In this document: piece by piece, positions 28,992 to 39,049 of the stretch | How the letters are laid out: every line of letters begins with the position of its first letter | Position numbering within the stretch: the first letter of the stretch is position 1 | Assembly (NCBI GenBank): GCA_046759645.1 | Contig: JBHICO010000001.1 | Coordinates: 5,109 to 69,108 of the forward strand | DNA length: 64,000 nt | Source of the DNA: Nitrososphaerales archaeon | GTDB lineage: Archaea; Thermoproteota; Nitrososphaeria; Nitrososphaerales; UBA213 | Direction: 5' to 3' | Made by a program: the position numbers and the translations under genes | The notes under the pieces: generated by a model | Database searches by the model: none | What the model was told of the DNA's origin: nothing | What the model saw: the letters and a program-made list of their open reading frames with translations, nothing else

Positions 28992-29405
28992 CTACGGAAG
29001 CCCGCCCTTGGACGATTTTCTATATGGGCCGCGGGTGCGTTTCCTTGCCTTCTCATTCTTTTCTTCTTCTGCTAGTAACCTGTGCTCCTCTTGTAAATTA
29101 TCTACCAACGGCATCTGTTCTTCAAATTTTTGCTCGTACAATTCATCAATTGTTTTGGCAAGTTTAAAGTCTCTTTCCGTAAGATGCCCAACATCAAAGG
29201 AAATAGAGGATATCTTGACTGTTTTCCATACTATGGTGATTACTGGATGGTGATTGTGCGCTTCAGCAATACCAGCCGTTTCTTTTACAAATTCTATACC
29301 CTCCAAGAATGATTTAAAACCAAAACTCTTTACGATCTTCCCCTCTTCTAATTCCCAACCTGCAAGATCCTGCAATCGCTTTTTAATATCGTTTGGAGAG
29401 TTCAT
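28992..29405 (-). CDS. Pterin-4a-carbinolamine dehydratase (PCD/DCoH) with a charged C-terminal extension
   Basis: LAGWELEEGKIVKSF...AEAHNHHPVITIVWKTV is the PCD signature (HHP). About 45 extra Lys/Glu/Arg-rich residues follow. Confidence 0.85.
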   Translation of the reverse strand: MNSPNDIKKRLQDLAGWELEEGKIVKSFGFKSFLEGIEFVKETAGIAEAHNHHPVITIVWKTVKISSISFDVGHLTERDFKLAKTIDELYEQKFEEQMPLVDNLQEEHRLLAEEEKNEKARKRTRGPYRKSSKGGLP

Positions 29406-29565
29406 GTATGTTACAAAGGAAAGATCATGTAATTTGAATCATACAATTAAGCCTGATCTCTAGAGATATAATAAATGTGATCAATTGTTATTTGTTCCAT
29501 TAACGAATAGCAAACAACAGTTCGTTTCAGTGAACCTATATAAAACATATTGTAATAGCTAGCCT

Positions 29566-29826
29566 GTGGGATCCAAAAGTTGCAACCATGTTTCTGACAT
29601 TAATGATACTGTTTTACCAAAAACAGAAGGCTGTGAAGAGTGTGAAAAAGATGGAACTGATTGGGTTGCCTTACGTCTTTGTCTTACATGTGGGCACGTT
29701 GGATGTTGTGAGTCTTCCGTAGGAAGGCATGCAGAAAGACATTTTTCAGATACTGGACATCCAATAATGATAGCACTACCAAATAAAGCTTGGAAATGGT
29801 GCTATATCCATAAAACATATCCCTAG
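29566..29826 (+). CDS. UBP-type zinc-finger protein
   Basis: CEECEKDGTDWVALRLCLTCGHVGCCESSVGRHAERHFSDTGHP matches the zf-UBP pattern. GTG start. Confidence 0.75.
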   Translation: MGSKSCNHVSDINDTVLPKTEGCEECEKDGTDWVALRLCLTCGHVGCCESSVGRHAERHFSDTGHPIMIALPNKAWKWCYIHKTYP

Positions 29827-30053
29827 ATTCACAATTCCCAGACGTCTCTTAATTTCTTTACTTAAGAAAGATATCACATCTCATGCACAGCGATCAAATA
29901 TCTGGCCAAGTTTTGTAGCCAGATTCTTCATAAATATTTCCTTCCTACATTGGGGACGGCCAAAACCCTTCAACTAATGCACCGTTCATTCGACATTTGT
30001 ATCCATCAGAAGTATACAATATATGATAACTAGATCAGGTCTATAAGGGGAAG

Positions 30054-30323
30054 TTAAATATCTCTATTTTTGGAACCTTGGTTGCTCGCATCAACCTCTG
30101 CATCTTCTTTCTTTGATTGATCTATTTCTCGGAGTAATGAATCCACCTTCCTACGTGTTCTCCAATCCTTTATCCTCTTCATCATGAACGGGGATGCAGC
30201 CATGCCAGCTCCCATTCCTATCATCATGAAGACAATATCCCTTACTATCCCTTCCATTATGCTTGTAACGAATGAAAAGCATTTAACCATTTTAGGAATA
30301 TGTTTAACACTTGTGAAAGTCAA
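30054..30323 (-). CDS. Small membrane protein (hypothetical); start uncertain
   Basis: Gly/Met-rich TM (IVFMMIGMGAGMAASPFMM) followed by a basic/acidic tail. Several in-frame ATGs. Confidence 0.4.
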   Translation of the reverse strand: MTFTSVKHIPKMVKCFSFVTSIMEGIVRDIVFMMIGMGAGMAASPFMMKRIKDWRTRRKVDSLLREIDQSKKEDAEVDASNQGSKNRDI

Positions 30324-30439
30324 ACAGTAATACTTTCCGAAATTTTGGGGCTGTGGTTGTTTTGAAATTCAGTCTTAACCTTTAGGCCTTCTCCTTACAT
30401 AGACCCTTGTATCAGGATGGGTGCTCCAGTCAACAGTCT

Positions 30440-31705
30440 CTACTCACGCCTTAGCGCAACTATTGGCGGAAGCCTTGATGCTTTCAATGCGGGATAGAAA
30501 CCTGCGAGAGCGCTCAACCCAACTGAAAGGAACCATATCATAGCTAGAGCGCTGGGCAAGTATACTGGAGTAATACTAGGCGCTCCATCACCAGATGTCA
30601 TCGCAGTAGTCAAAACGAATCCGCCGGCAATGCCAACTATTATGCCCAATCCGGCTCCTATTATTCCTATCATTATCGCTTCACTCAAGAAAAGTGAAAG
30701 TATGTCCTTACTCTGTGCACCTATTGCTTTCATCGTACCTATCTCTCTTGTCCTTTCCATCACAGAAGTGTAAAGCGTTGTAATGATACCAACCGCACCC
30801 ACTAAAAGAGCTACTACAGCTATGCTTAGCATGAAGGTTGTTATCCCACTTGTGAACTCCCTGATCGTCTTCAGTATGAACTGGGCAGATGTTATACCTA
30901 TATCATTTCCATACAAGGTTCTTATCTCAGCCTCTGCTTCATCCACCAAGTCCGTATTCCTTGCTATCACAACTATACCATCATACCTTGTCCCCTTGTT
31001 CATCAAAGAATTTGCAGCAGCTGGTGGTAGTATGGCAGCGTTATCAACCGTAGGATTTCCTGTCAACTCCATTATGGCTCGAACAACAAAACTTCTAGAA
31101 TTCTCCCTCTGTGCACCGCTATCATCAACGAAGCTGTATTTTGCCTGCACTGCCTGACCCAGAACAGCAAACGGGAATGCTTCACCTGGAGGTCTTGCAA
31201 CATTCTCTGCTAACAATATCGCAGATGGATCATTGGTTGGTAAAGAAGAGCCTTCGTCAAATTCTGCATTTGGTACTATAGTAAAAATTTTTGGCATATC
31301 AATCGCAAAGATCCTAATAGTGGTAGATTTCCCCTTTCCTTCGAGCGTGATCTGTCCCTGATAATTTGGTATGGCTTCTTCAACACTTGGTAAGTTCTTG
31401 ATTTTACTAGCGACAACAGAGGTAAGAGCAACCTTGGGTGCCGCCGGAGGACCGCCGCCACCAATCCCAAAGGCACCACTGCTTCGTTCAAGGTTCGGGG
31501 CACTCGAAACAAACAAGACATCAGGAGCAAGGGCGCTGAACTGCTCATCTGTAAACTGTGCAAAACCGCCACTTAAGCCGCTAAGCGATACCATCAGGCT
31601 GCTACCGACAACAACCATTACCACTGTTAGTATGGATCTTGCCTTGCGCTCCTTTAGAGCACTGAAAGCAAGTGCAGCTATCTCTCTAGGTTCCATGACG
31701 AACAC
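30440..31705 (-). CDS. ABC transporter permease (MacB/FtsX family)
   Basis: N-terminal TM, a large extracytoplasmic domain and a C-terminal FtsX-type 3-TM bundle (REIGTMKAIGA...). Start overlaps the upstream gene's stop by 1 nt. Confidence 0.88.
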   Translation of the reverse strand: MFVMEPREIAALAFSALKERKARSILTVVMVVVGSSLMVSLSGLSGGFAQFTDEQFSALAPDVLFVSSAPNLERSSGAFGIGGGGPPAAPKVALTSVVASKIKNLPSVEEAIPNYQGQITLEGKGKSTTIRIFAIDMPKIFTIVPNAEFDEGSSLPTNDPSAILLAENVARPPGEAFPFAVLGQAVQAKYSFVDDSGAQRENSRSFVVRAIMELTGNPTVDNAAILPPAAANSLMNKGTRYDGIVVIARNTDLVDEAEAEIRTLYGNDIGITSAQFILKTIREFTSGITTFMLSIAVVALLVGAVGIITTLYTSVMERTREIGTMKAIGAQSKDILSLFLSEAIMIGIIGAGLGIIVGIAGGFVLTTAMTSGDGAPSITPVYLPSALAMIWFLSVGLSALAGFYPALKASRLPPIVALRRE

Positions 31706-33582
31706 TACTGTTTGCTGTCACTGAGGAAATCTATATCATCATCGTTATCAGCATCAGCAGAATTAATCGTGGATTGTCCCTCTTTTGCACTAGAACCTCT
31801 TTTGTGCCTCTTCTTGCTTACCAAGTAATATCCGGCTACACCAGCTGCACCTAAACCTGCCATTACCCCCAAAGTTGAAGAAATACTGGGCAGCCTCTGA
31901 TCCTTACTTTCAATAACGGGGGGCGTGTACAATACTTTACTATCAATTACCTCTTCGTAGGGTTTCCTCAGATCATCCTTATACGTTATCTTTATCTTTA
32001 CAGGATAGCTGTCCTCACTGTTTCCTTCAAATTTTACAGGTATATTGAATGGCAATGGAGAATTAGCAGTTAAATCTCCAAGGTATTGTGGATTACCCGA
32101 TTGTTTAATCTTATTGTCGCCGCTTACAAGTTCTACCGTGGTAAAGAGCGCCATGTTGGTTCCTTCATTGAGGAGAAAACCAGAAAGGTTGGGTTCATTC
32201 CCAATGTAGGTCATCCCCACATCATATATACGAAGGCTGATAGTTCCCTGCACATAAACACTGATCTGTCTCTGGATTCGTTTAAGTCCGCCCTCCGAAT
32301 CAAGGTAAGAAATGGTAACTGGCAACTGGAATGCTGTATTCACCGCTTCTTCGGAAGCGAATAACGTCACCAGTACATCGAAACTCTCGCCAGGAGCGAT
32401 CTCATTTGCTCTGGTGTAACCGTCGCCTCCAATTATGCTGATAGGTGAGCGAGAAGCCTCTGGAACTTCCTGATTAAGTGCTACCGTTGCTGTCAAAGGT
32501 GTATTAACAGTAACCTCAACCGACTGTGCAGTTTCTTTTCCTATGTTCTCAAGTTTAACGGTGAATGGAATCTCTGTTATAGTTTGAATTATAGGCTTGT
32601 CTGTAGTTACTTGGAAGTCTATGCTTTCTGTGGTACTTCCTGCAACCAGAAAGTTTATCACTGTTGTAGCGCTTCTTCTTTCGCCGTAGGCATCAAAATA
32701 TGTAATTGAAAATTGCAAGTTCTGCCTCGTATCTTCAAGTGCGGGGTTAACATAAAGGATTGGATCGATTACCGTCTTGCTGTGGGGCTTTATTTCGCCA
32801 ATATTGAAAACCTTCTTTCCCAAATTAATTATTTGATTGAGTCGTTCCGCTTGTGTTTCTGTTTCAATAGTTGCAGCTGCTTCTGTCGGATTAAGACTTA
32901 CTATTACACCTGATGCAGACGCACTTCCATCATTAATTATCTCTATTAATGCCGTGTTTTTGGTACTTGGCTGCAAAAGTGAGCTAACTGCGACTGCGTC
33001 TAGTACGCTCTTACCTGGCAATAGAAACTCCACTTTAAAATCTCTCCAATTCATGCCGATATTTCTGGCTTCGAAGAATTCTACGTGCAATGTAGCATTA
33101 TACATTCCTACGCGTGTATTCTCGGTCACCTGAACTGGAAACTCAAACACGAATGTAGCGCCAGGTTGTATACCAAGATCATAAGTATCAAAGGCCGGTT
33201 CACCAGCTGCTCTACCAGCAGCGTTAAAACCTACAGGTAAGCTTAACCATCCCCTCAGCCCTGTTAGTTCGAATGGACCAGAATTGGCCATCACTGCGGC
33301 AAGTATAGCTGTACCATCACCTGGTTCAACTTCTATCTTATTGGGTATTTCATTAGGGTCAGCACTGTTACCTCCAACAAGTACGTCCTTACTGAAGTAT
33401 ATATCCAGAAACTTCACATCTTTGCCAGACTCTCTTTGTTCTATGAGACACTCTTCCCTGCTTCCCAGCTCTTCTGTGGTCGAGCATTCATCTTCTATGT
33501 GTGGATAATGTGCAAATGCTATACCTGGTATCATAAGGGAGGTAGATAGAACCATAACAACTATGAGAGGAAAAATTCTCAT
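31705..33582 (-). CDS. Large exported protein with repeated beta-sandwich domains and a C-terminal TM anchor (ABC-operon partner)
   Basis: Signal peptide MRIFPLIVVMVLSTSLMIPGIAFA and repeated V-x-V/T-x-N blocks. C-terminal TM GVMAGLGAAGVAGYYLV followed by KKRHKR. Confidence 0.8.
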   Translation of the reverse strand: MRIFPLIVVMVLSTSLMIPGIAFAHYPHIEDECSTTEELGSREECLIEQRESGKDVKFLDIYFSKDVLVGGNSADPNEIPNKIEVEPGDGTAILAAVMANSGPFELTGLRGWLSLPVGFNAAGRAAGEPAFDTYDLGIQPGATFVFEFPVQVTENTRVGMYNATLHVEFFEARNIGMNWRDFKVEFLLPGKSVLDAVAVSSLLQPSTKNTALIEIINDGSASASGVIVSLNPTEAAATIETETQAERLNQIINLGKKVFNIGEIKPHSKTVIDPILYVNPALEDTRQNLQFSITYFDAYGERRSATTVINFLVAGSTTESIDFQVTTDKPIIQTITEIPFTVKLENIGKETAQSVEVTVNTPLTATVALNQEVPEASRSPISIIGGDGYTRANEIAPGESFDVLVTLFASEEAVNTAFQLPVTISYLDSEGGLKRIQRQISVYVQGTISLRIYDVGMTYIGNEPNLSGFLLNEGTNMALFTTVELVSGDNKIKQSGNPQYLGDLTANSPLPFNIPVKFEGNSEDSYPVKIKITYKDDLRKPYEEVIDSKVLYTPPVIESKDQRLPSISSTLGVMAGLGAAGVAGYYLVSKKRHKRGSSAKEGQSTINSADADNDDDIDFLSDSKQ

Positions 33583-34370
33583 CGATTTACTACCTCCTTT
33601 TCGATCACCCCATCTCTGATATAGATCGATCTGTCAGTAGCGTCAGCAAGTTCTGGATTGTGCGTTACCATAGCAATGGTTCTGTTGTATCTGTGTGCCA
33701 GATCCTTCAAGAGATCAAAAACCTCCCGCCCAGTTTTTGTATCAAGGTTTCCTGTAGGTTCATCGGCAAATATTATCGAAGGATTGTTCATCAGCGATCT
33801 TGCAATTGCCACTCTCTGCTGCTCACCACCACTTAACGAAGTAGGCTTAAAATCTGCCTTATCCTCTATTCCTAATAGCTTCAGTATCTTCCTTGCTCTG
33901 CTAATTCTCTTATGCTTTGGCATTCCGGTTATAATTGAAGGTATCTCGATATTTCTCAGTACGGTAGTTCTGTTGATTAAATTGTATGATTGAAACACAA
34001 AACCTATCTTCTTATTTCTGAGCCTTGCAACTTCACTATCATTCAATGAAAATATGTCTATGCCATCAATTAACACGTGCCCTCTGGTAGGCCTGTCAAG
34101 CGCACCAAGCAAATTAAGCAGTGTGGATTTTCCACTTCCGGAAGGACCAACTATAGCGACAAATTCTCCCTTCTTTATTGCGATGTTCACATTTTTTAAT
34201 GCCACAACTTTGACAACGGTGGAATTGAAAACCTTAGTTAGGTTGACGGTCTGCAATATTATATTTTCTGCAGGTTTATCCTCTAACGTATAATCAAGGA
34301 GAGACACCAGAGGTAATTCATCACTTGAATTTTTATCTCTAGCGCAAGTGTTATTGCGCTTTCTTGACAA
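33579..34370 (-). CDS. ABC transporter ATP-binding protein (MacB/LolD type)
   Basis: Walker A GPSGSGKST, signature LSGGEQQRVAIARS and Walker B IIFADEPTGNLD. About 45 aa of N-terminal extension or an uncertain start. Confidence 0.92.
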   Translation of the reverse strand: MSRKRNNTCARDKNSSDELPLVSLLDYTLEDKPAENIILQTVNLTKVFNSTVVKVVALKNVNIAIKKGEFVAIVGPSGSGKSTLLNLLGALDRPTRGHVLIDGIDIFSLNDSEVARLRNKKIGFVFQSYNLINRTTVLRNIEIPSIITGMPKHKRISRARKILKLLGIEDKADFKPTSLSGGEQQRVAIARSLMNNPSIIFADEPTGNLDTKTGREVFDLLKDLAHRYNRTIAMVTHNPELADATDRSIYIRDGVIEKEVVNR

Positions 34371-34424
34371 AACAATTAATAGTATGTCAGTTTATTGAAG
34401 TATTAGCACGGAGAACGGTCATAA

Positions 34425-35357
34425 TTGGACAAAACCGATCTAGAAATTATGCGTATGCTTCTTGTGAACGGTAGAGCATCGTATCAGAGCATTGGTAAGG
34501 AACTTCATTTGAGTAGCAATGCGGTGAAAAGTCGCATAATGAAGATGATAGATGATGGTGCGATAGGTAGGTTTATCGTACAGATAAAGCTCCAAGCATT
34601 CGGCTATGATCTCATTTACGCTCTTATCACTCATGGGAGTGAGCAGCAACAAACATTCTTAGATAGAATAAGGCTGGTAGGAGACATCTTCTTGAAGATA
34701 AATTGCATTGGTGATCTAACTGTGCTTGGCATCGCGGTAAAGGGACAGCTGGAGCAAAAGATGGAACTTGTCAAAAAACTCGTAGAACCAGCTATAATGA
34801 TAAACATGTTTCCTGTAAGAGCTACCCCCATAGATAGACTAGTGCGCACTGATCTTATGCTTATAAGACATCTGATTAAATATCCTAGAGCTTCTGCCCA
34901 TGACATAGCAAAGGCGATCAAAGTATCTACACGAACTGTGAAGAGAAGGTTGGACTTTCTTACCAAGTTAGATATCCTGCATGTTTCAATGCTATACAAT
35001 CCTGCGGCCATGCGTGGTTTCATACAGTTTTCATTACTCCTTGATATTGATGAAAAGAAGTACAAGGAGGTAGTCAGTAAGATATACAGAGATTTAGGAG
35101 AGTATTTTCTTCTTCCACCACCTCCTATATATCAGAAAAGCATGATTGTAGTAATTCTATATAGCGATAATGTACATTCAATGGATGAGATGTTCAAAAC
35201 TGTAAAGAATATAGAAGGGGTGAAGAATGTTGAACTGTCTATACCTACAAAACTAGATTTTAAACTTGGCTGGTTCGTAAGGGTAATCGATAAAGTGCTT
35301 AAAAAGTCAAAAGAGACTATTGTAATTCACCAGGAAGATTACATACTGGCTAGATAA
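34425..35357 (+). CDS. Lrp/AsnC-family protein with two tandem HTH-plus-ligand-domain modules
   Basis: LEIMRMLLVNGRASYQSIGKELHLSSNAVKSRIMKMIDDGAI, and a second module LIRHLIKYPRASAHDIAKAIKVSTRTVKRRLDFL. TTG start. Divergent from the ABC operon. Confidence 0.7.
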   Translation: MDKTDLEIMRMLLVNGRASYQSIGKELHLSSNAVKSRIMKMIDDGAIGRFIVQIKLQAFGYDLIYALITHGSEQQQTFLDRIRLVGDIFLKINCIGDLTVLGIAVKGQLEQKMELVKKLVEPAIMINMFPVRATPIDRLVRTDLMLIRHLIKYPRASAHDIAKAIKVSTRTVKRRLDFLTKLDILHVSMLYNPAAMRGFIQFSLLLDIDEKKYKEVVSKIYRDLGEYFLLPPPPIYQKSMIVVILYSDNVHSMDEMFKTVKNIEGVKNVELSIPTKLDFKLGWFVRVIDKVLKKSKETIVIHQEDYILAR

Positions 35358-35386
35358 GTTATATACTTCACACATGAACTAATTCC

Positions 35387-35563
35387 ATGGATGCAAAATG
35401 TCCCAATTGTGAAAGGAAAGCCCAAGTAAATGAGGAATTATCGAAGATCAAATGCAATTTTTGTGGGTATGAGGATACGTTTGAGGAATATATGAAGAAG
35501 ATGGAGGAACGTCTTAGTGGTATAGTGTCTAACTATCAAGATAAGAATACTTTCAACGTATAA
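35387..35563 (+). CDS. 58-aa zinc-ribbon protein (hypothetical)
   Basis: MDAKCPNCERKAQVNEELSKIKCNFCGYEDTF... carries CPxC...CxxC. Below the ORF-track cutoff and found by reading the gap. Confidence 0.45.
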   Translation: MDAKCPNCERKAQVNEELSKIKCNFCGYEDTFEEYMKKMEERLSGIVSNYQDKNTFNV

Positions 35564-35906
35564 CTTTACCGCCATATATTTTCACCTTCTGTATGTTTAT
35601 TGTTTCTTTCATCGTTAACATCTTCATATATTGCCTATACCCGCTAAGATTTTTTCTGACCCATAATACTGCAGGAATCTTTCTCCATTACTACACATCA
35701 ACAAGATGTTTGATGATTAATAGTTTTCAAAAGGTGCAACTCACAGTTTGGAAATGGTGTAACAGCTGTGGTCCCATAATTTTACATACATAGATGGAGC
35801 ACTTTACCGGTTCTTCTTGTATTCCGGTTGGTGGATTAAAGATCTCAAGCTTTTGTTACAAATTCTGCAAACGTTAATTAATAGCATTAAAAAGATATCA
35901 GATGAA

Positions 35907-36245
35907 ATGCCAGCTTTCAAGTTAATAGTGGCAGACTCTAATGGTAAATCCACTGTGCATGAATTGAAGGACAAGCAGGCACAGCCTCTGATTGGGTTGA
36001 AAATTGGCGATGTTTTTGACGCAACTGTTGTGGGTGTAGAAGGAAAGATCAGAATCACCGGAGGCAGTGATAAATCGGGTGTGCCCATGCGACGGGATAT
36101 TCATGGTGGTGTAAAGAAGTATGTACTGCTATCTAAAGGAGTTGGTTTGCAGAAGATAGAAACTGGACAGAGAAGAAGGAAGCTGATCAGGGGTAATATA
36201 GTAACCGACGAAATCTATCAGGTAAATGCAGTTATAACATCCTAA
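35907..36245 (+). CDS. rps6e: 30S ribosomal protein S6e
   Basis: MPAFKLIVADSNGKS..., ITGGSDKSGVPMRRDIHG and RRRKLIRGN. Start set at the internal ATG 35907. Confidence 0.9.
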   Translation: MPAFKLIVADSNGKSTVHELKDKQAQPLIGLKIGDVFDATVVGVEGKIRITGGSDKSGVPMRRDIHGGVKKYVLLSKGVGLQKIETGQRRRKLIRGNIVTDEIYQVNAVITS

Positions 36246-36422
36246 TAGATATACAGTTACAGGATATGTATTCTAAAATTTTCTAATGAACAAATGATCC
36301 ATAGCAGATCTGTTTACTCAAACATGCACAGTAAACATTCTCCGTAAATATGGAAATGCGTCAGTAGTGTTAGGAGGTGTAGGAACACGAAATTAACCTA
36401 TCTTTCGGCTATAACCAGCGGC

Positions 36423-36698
36423 TTGGAGGCAGTTGCAACGATATTAAGTGCCGTGAAGGTAATAACATCGTCTGTAAGATCACTTACGTCAATCCCCCAA
36501 GACAATGCACATGCTAACACAGAGTCTAGTAGAGGCCTAGGCCTAGGTATCCATAAGTGGATCCTAATAGCTGGAGCAGTTGTAGGGGTTATTACAATAG
36601 CATATCTAGAAAACATAGCATCAAATTCTAAACCGAAGAGAACTGTTGGTGGACAGAAACAGCACGAAAGGGTAGAAACCGTATATGTTAGAGAGTAG
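36423..36698 (+). CDS. Hypothetical single-TM protein (weak)
   Basis: TTG start and one TM (WILIAGAVVGVITIAYL). It competes with an antisense 72-aa ORF. Confidence 0.3.
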   Translation: MEAVATILSAVKVITSSVRSLTSIPQDNAHANTESSRGLGLGIHKWILIAGAVVGVITIAYLENIASNSKPKRTVGGQKQHERVETVYVRE

Positions 36699-36734
36699 AT
36701 GTGATAATTATATCACATACTCCAATTTTAATTT

Positions 36735-37235
36735 TTAACGCTCAAGCTTGAATACTAGAGTAGAAGGTGTTAATTGGAAATCTACTTTTTTCTTGTAGAC
36801 ATCTTCAAGTATAACTTCAAACAATGTCTTCATATATAGTGACCATTTCACATTCAGATCATGTTGAATAATGAATTCGTGTATTTTGCCATCAACCACA
36901 TGCTTCTGTGCAAATCCTGATATTCTGTTTCGTGACTCAAGCCATTTCACGAAGGAATCTAGGTCATACTTGCTTTCCATGTAGAGTATCTGTTCCTTGG
37001 CTACGTCTTTACCAATTTTTCTTACCAGTTCCTCTATTCTTTTATCATCAATTTCATCAATGAGGGTAATCAACAGTTCCCTAGTCATCGGGATGAAACC
37101 TGCCTTTTGGGCATCCCTCTCCCATTCAACATACCTTCTGAAAACGTGATTGGCAAGGACATTAAGGCTGATTTCCTCATCTTCGGCCTCCTGACGCAGC
37201 GCTTCAACTATATCTTCATCAAGACGGAACGACAT
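36735..37235 (-). CDS. Ribbon-helix-helix (CopG/Arc-like) domain protein
   Basis: MSFRLDEDIVEALRQEAEDEEISLNVLANHVFRRY is a typical RHH N-terminus. Start set at ATG 37235; the ORF opens at 37346. Confidence 0.6.
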   Translation of the reverse strand: MSFRLDEDIVEALRQEAEDEEISLNVLANHVFRRYVEWERDAQKAGFIPMTRELLITLIDEIDDKRIEELVRKIGKDVAKEQILYMESKYDLDSFVKWLESRNRISGFAQKHVVDGKIHEFIIQHDLNVKWSLYMKTLFEVILEDVYKKKVDFQLTPSTLVFKLER

Positions 37236-37381
37236 TACGGAAGTTTTCTTCTTTTTACCAAGAGGCAATGTCGATATATTTCGGCATTTCACTAATAAAC
37301 TTGGCGTATAAAAATCAGTCAAATTTCTGTAAAGGTCGCAGGACAAAGATTAACATACCCCTCATCTTCTAGCATAGTTCA

Positions 37382-38647
37382 TTGCACTGGAAGGATACCT
37401 TACCAGAATGGTATATAGATCAATACGGCTACCAGCCGTGCATCAACATCGGTACTGCTGGGCATGTAGACCATGGAAAGACAACACTGGTTGAAGCGAT
37501 AACAGGCGTCTGGACAAGTGCGCATAGCGAGGAACTTAAACGAGGGATTACAATTAGAGTTGGGTATGCAGATGCCGCCTTCTACAAGTGTCCGTCGTGT
37601 GAACCTTCGGTTGGTTATTCAACTTCACCTAAATGTACTAAATGTGGGGGCAGGAGTGAACTACAGAGGGTTGTAAGTTTCGTAGATTCACCGGGGCATG
37701 AAAGTCTTATGGCAAACATGCTTTCAGGCACGGCCGTAATGGATGGTGCTATTTTAGTTATCGCGGCAAATGAAGATGTGCCAAAACCACAGACTAGAGA
37801 GCATTTTCTTGCTTTACAAATACTAGGAATAAAAAATATGGTAATAACGCAGAACAAGGCTGACCTGGTTTCGTATGAAGATGCAATACATAACTACAAA
37901 CAGATAACGAATTTTGTCAAGAGCAGCACCTCCGAAAAATCTCCTGTTATCCCTATTTCTGCACAACATGGATTGAACATAGACGCGCTAATTCAAGCCA
38001 TTGAGGAAAATATTCCAACCCCCACGAGAGACAAGAATGCAAATCCTGTGATGCATGTGTTACGATCATTCGATGTCAACAAACCAGGTACGTCAGTAGG
38101 AGACATCAAGGGTGGCGTTGCTGGTGGTGCACTTGTACAGGGTGAATTTAAAGTTGGTGACGATATAGAAATCAAACCGGGCATTTTTGACCATAAAAAA
38201 GAAAAATATGATCCAGTAGTAACGCAAATTTCAAGTCTGGGTACTGGAGCCGGTATGGTAGATATGATAAGGCCTGGAGGACTGGTTGCGATAGGCACCA
38301 ACCTTGATCCCTCTTATGTAAGGAGCGACTCCCTTATAGGGTCTATAATAGGCAAGCCCGATACATTGCCAGAAGAGAGGGAAAGCGTCACTATTGACAT
38401 ACATCTATTTGAAACGGCAGTTGGAACGCCAGAACTCGTGAAGGTTGATCCAATTAAGGTACAAGAACCACTGAGGCTTAACATAGGCACCAAGGCAATG
38501 CTAGCTACTGCCAAATCGGTAAGGGATAGTAAGGTAGAATTAAGGTTCAGAACACCAATTTGTGTTTTGGAACAAAGCAGAATTGCAATAAGTAGAAAGA
38601 TAGTTGATAGATGGCGGCTAATAGGCGCTGGCGTAGCAGTTGGTTGA
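37382..38647 (+). CDS. eif2g: Translation initiation factor aIF2 gamma subunit
   Basis: NIGTAGHVDHGKTT (G1), DSPGHE, NKADL, and the zinc knuckle CPSC...CTKCG. TTG start. Confidence 0.95.
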   Translation: MHWKDTLPEWYIDQYGYQPCINIGTAGHVDHGKTTLVEAITGVWTSAHSEELKRGITIRVGYADAAFYKCPSCEPSVGYSTSPKCTKCGGRSELQRVVSFVDSPGHESLMANMLSGTAVMDGAILVIAANEDVPKPQTREHFLALQILGIKNMVITQNKADLVSYEDAIHNYKQITNFVKSSTSEKSPVIPISAQHGLNIDALIQAIEENIPTPTRDKNANPVMHVLRSFDVNKPGTSVGDIKGGVAGGALVQGEFKVGDDIEIKPGIFDHKKEKYDPVVTQISSLGTGAGMVDMIRPGGLVAIGTNLDPSYVRSDSLIGSIIGKPDTLPEERESVTIDIHLFETAVGTPELVKVDPIKVQEPLRLNIGTKAMLATAKSVRDSKVELRFRTPICVLEQSRIAISRKIVDRWRLIGAGVAVG

Positions 38648-39011
38648 AATAATATGTGATACCAGTTTTCTTATAGTATTTGCCAACAGACCGGTAAAAG
38701 GAATGGGGGAACTGGAAGCAAGATTTGGGAAGATCAACTTTTTAATTCCATCAGTCGTAATCAAGGAATTGATCAAACTGGCCTCTTCTGCAGGAGTCAA
38801 ACGGGCAAAAGAGGCCAAACTTGCGCTAGACCTGACAAGAAAATTCAAGATTACGGAATTGGATAGCACAATCGCTGACGATGTAATATTAGACTATGCA
38901 TCAAAGCATTCATGCATAGCAGCCACAATAGATGATGAATTGAAAAAAACATTACGGAGAAACGGCGTAAACGTTCTCACACTTTCGCACAATAAATTAA
39001 TCCTAGTATGA
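38640..39011 (+). CDS. PIN-domain ribonuclease (Fcf1/Utp24-like)
   Basis: N-terminal ICDTSFLI (catalytic Asp) and C-terminal ATIDDELKKTLRRNGVNVL. TTG start overlaps the aIF2-gamma end by 8 nt. Confidence 0.75.
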   Translation: MVEIICDTSFLIVFANRPVKGMGELEARFGKINFLIPSVVIKELIKLASSAGVKRAKEAKLALDLTRKFKITELDSTIADDVILDYASKHSCIAATIDDELKKTLRRNGVNVLTLSHNKLILV

Positions 39012-39049
39012 GCGTTAACCTTAATTTGCAGTTTTTTGTAGCATATAAC

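Noticed and set aside
28987-29463. Plus-strand ORFs of 88, 60 and 69 aa
   Set aside because: They are antisense to the PCD/DCoH gene, which has a clear signature.
34631-35065. 144-aa minus-strand ORF
   Set aside because: It is antisense to the double-Lrp gene, and its Ser/Cys/Met-rich translation shows no motifs.
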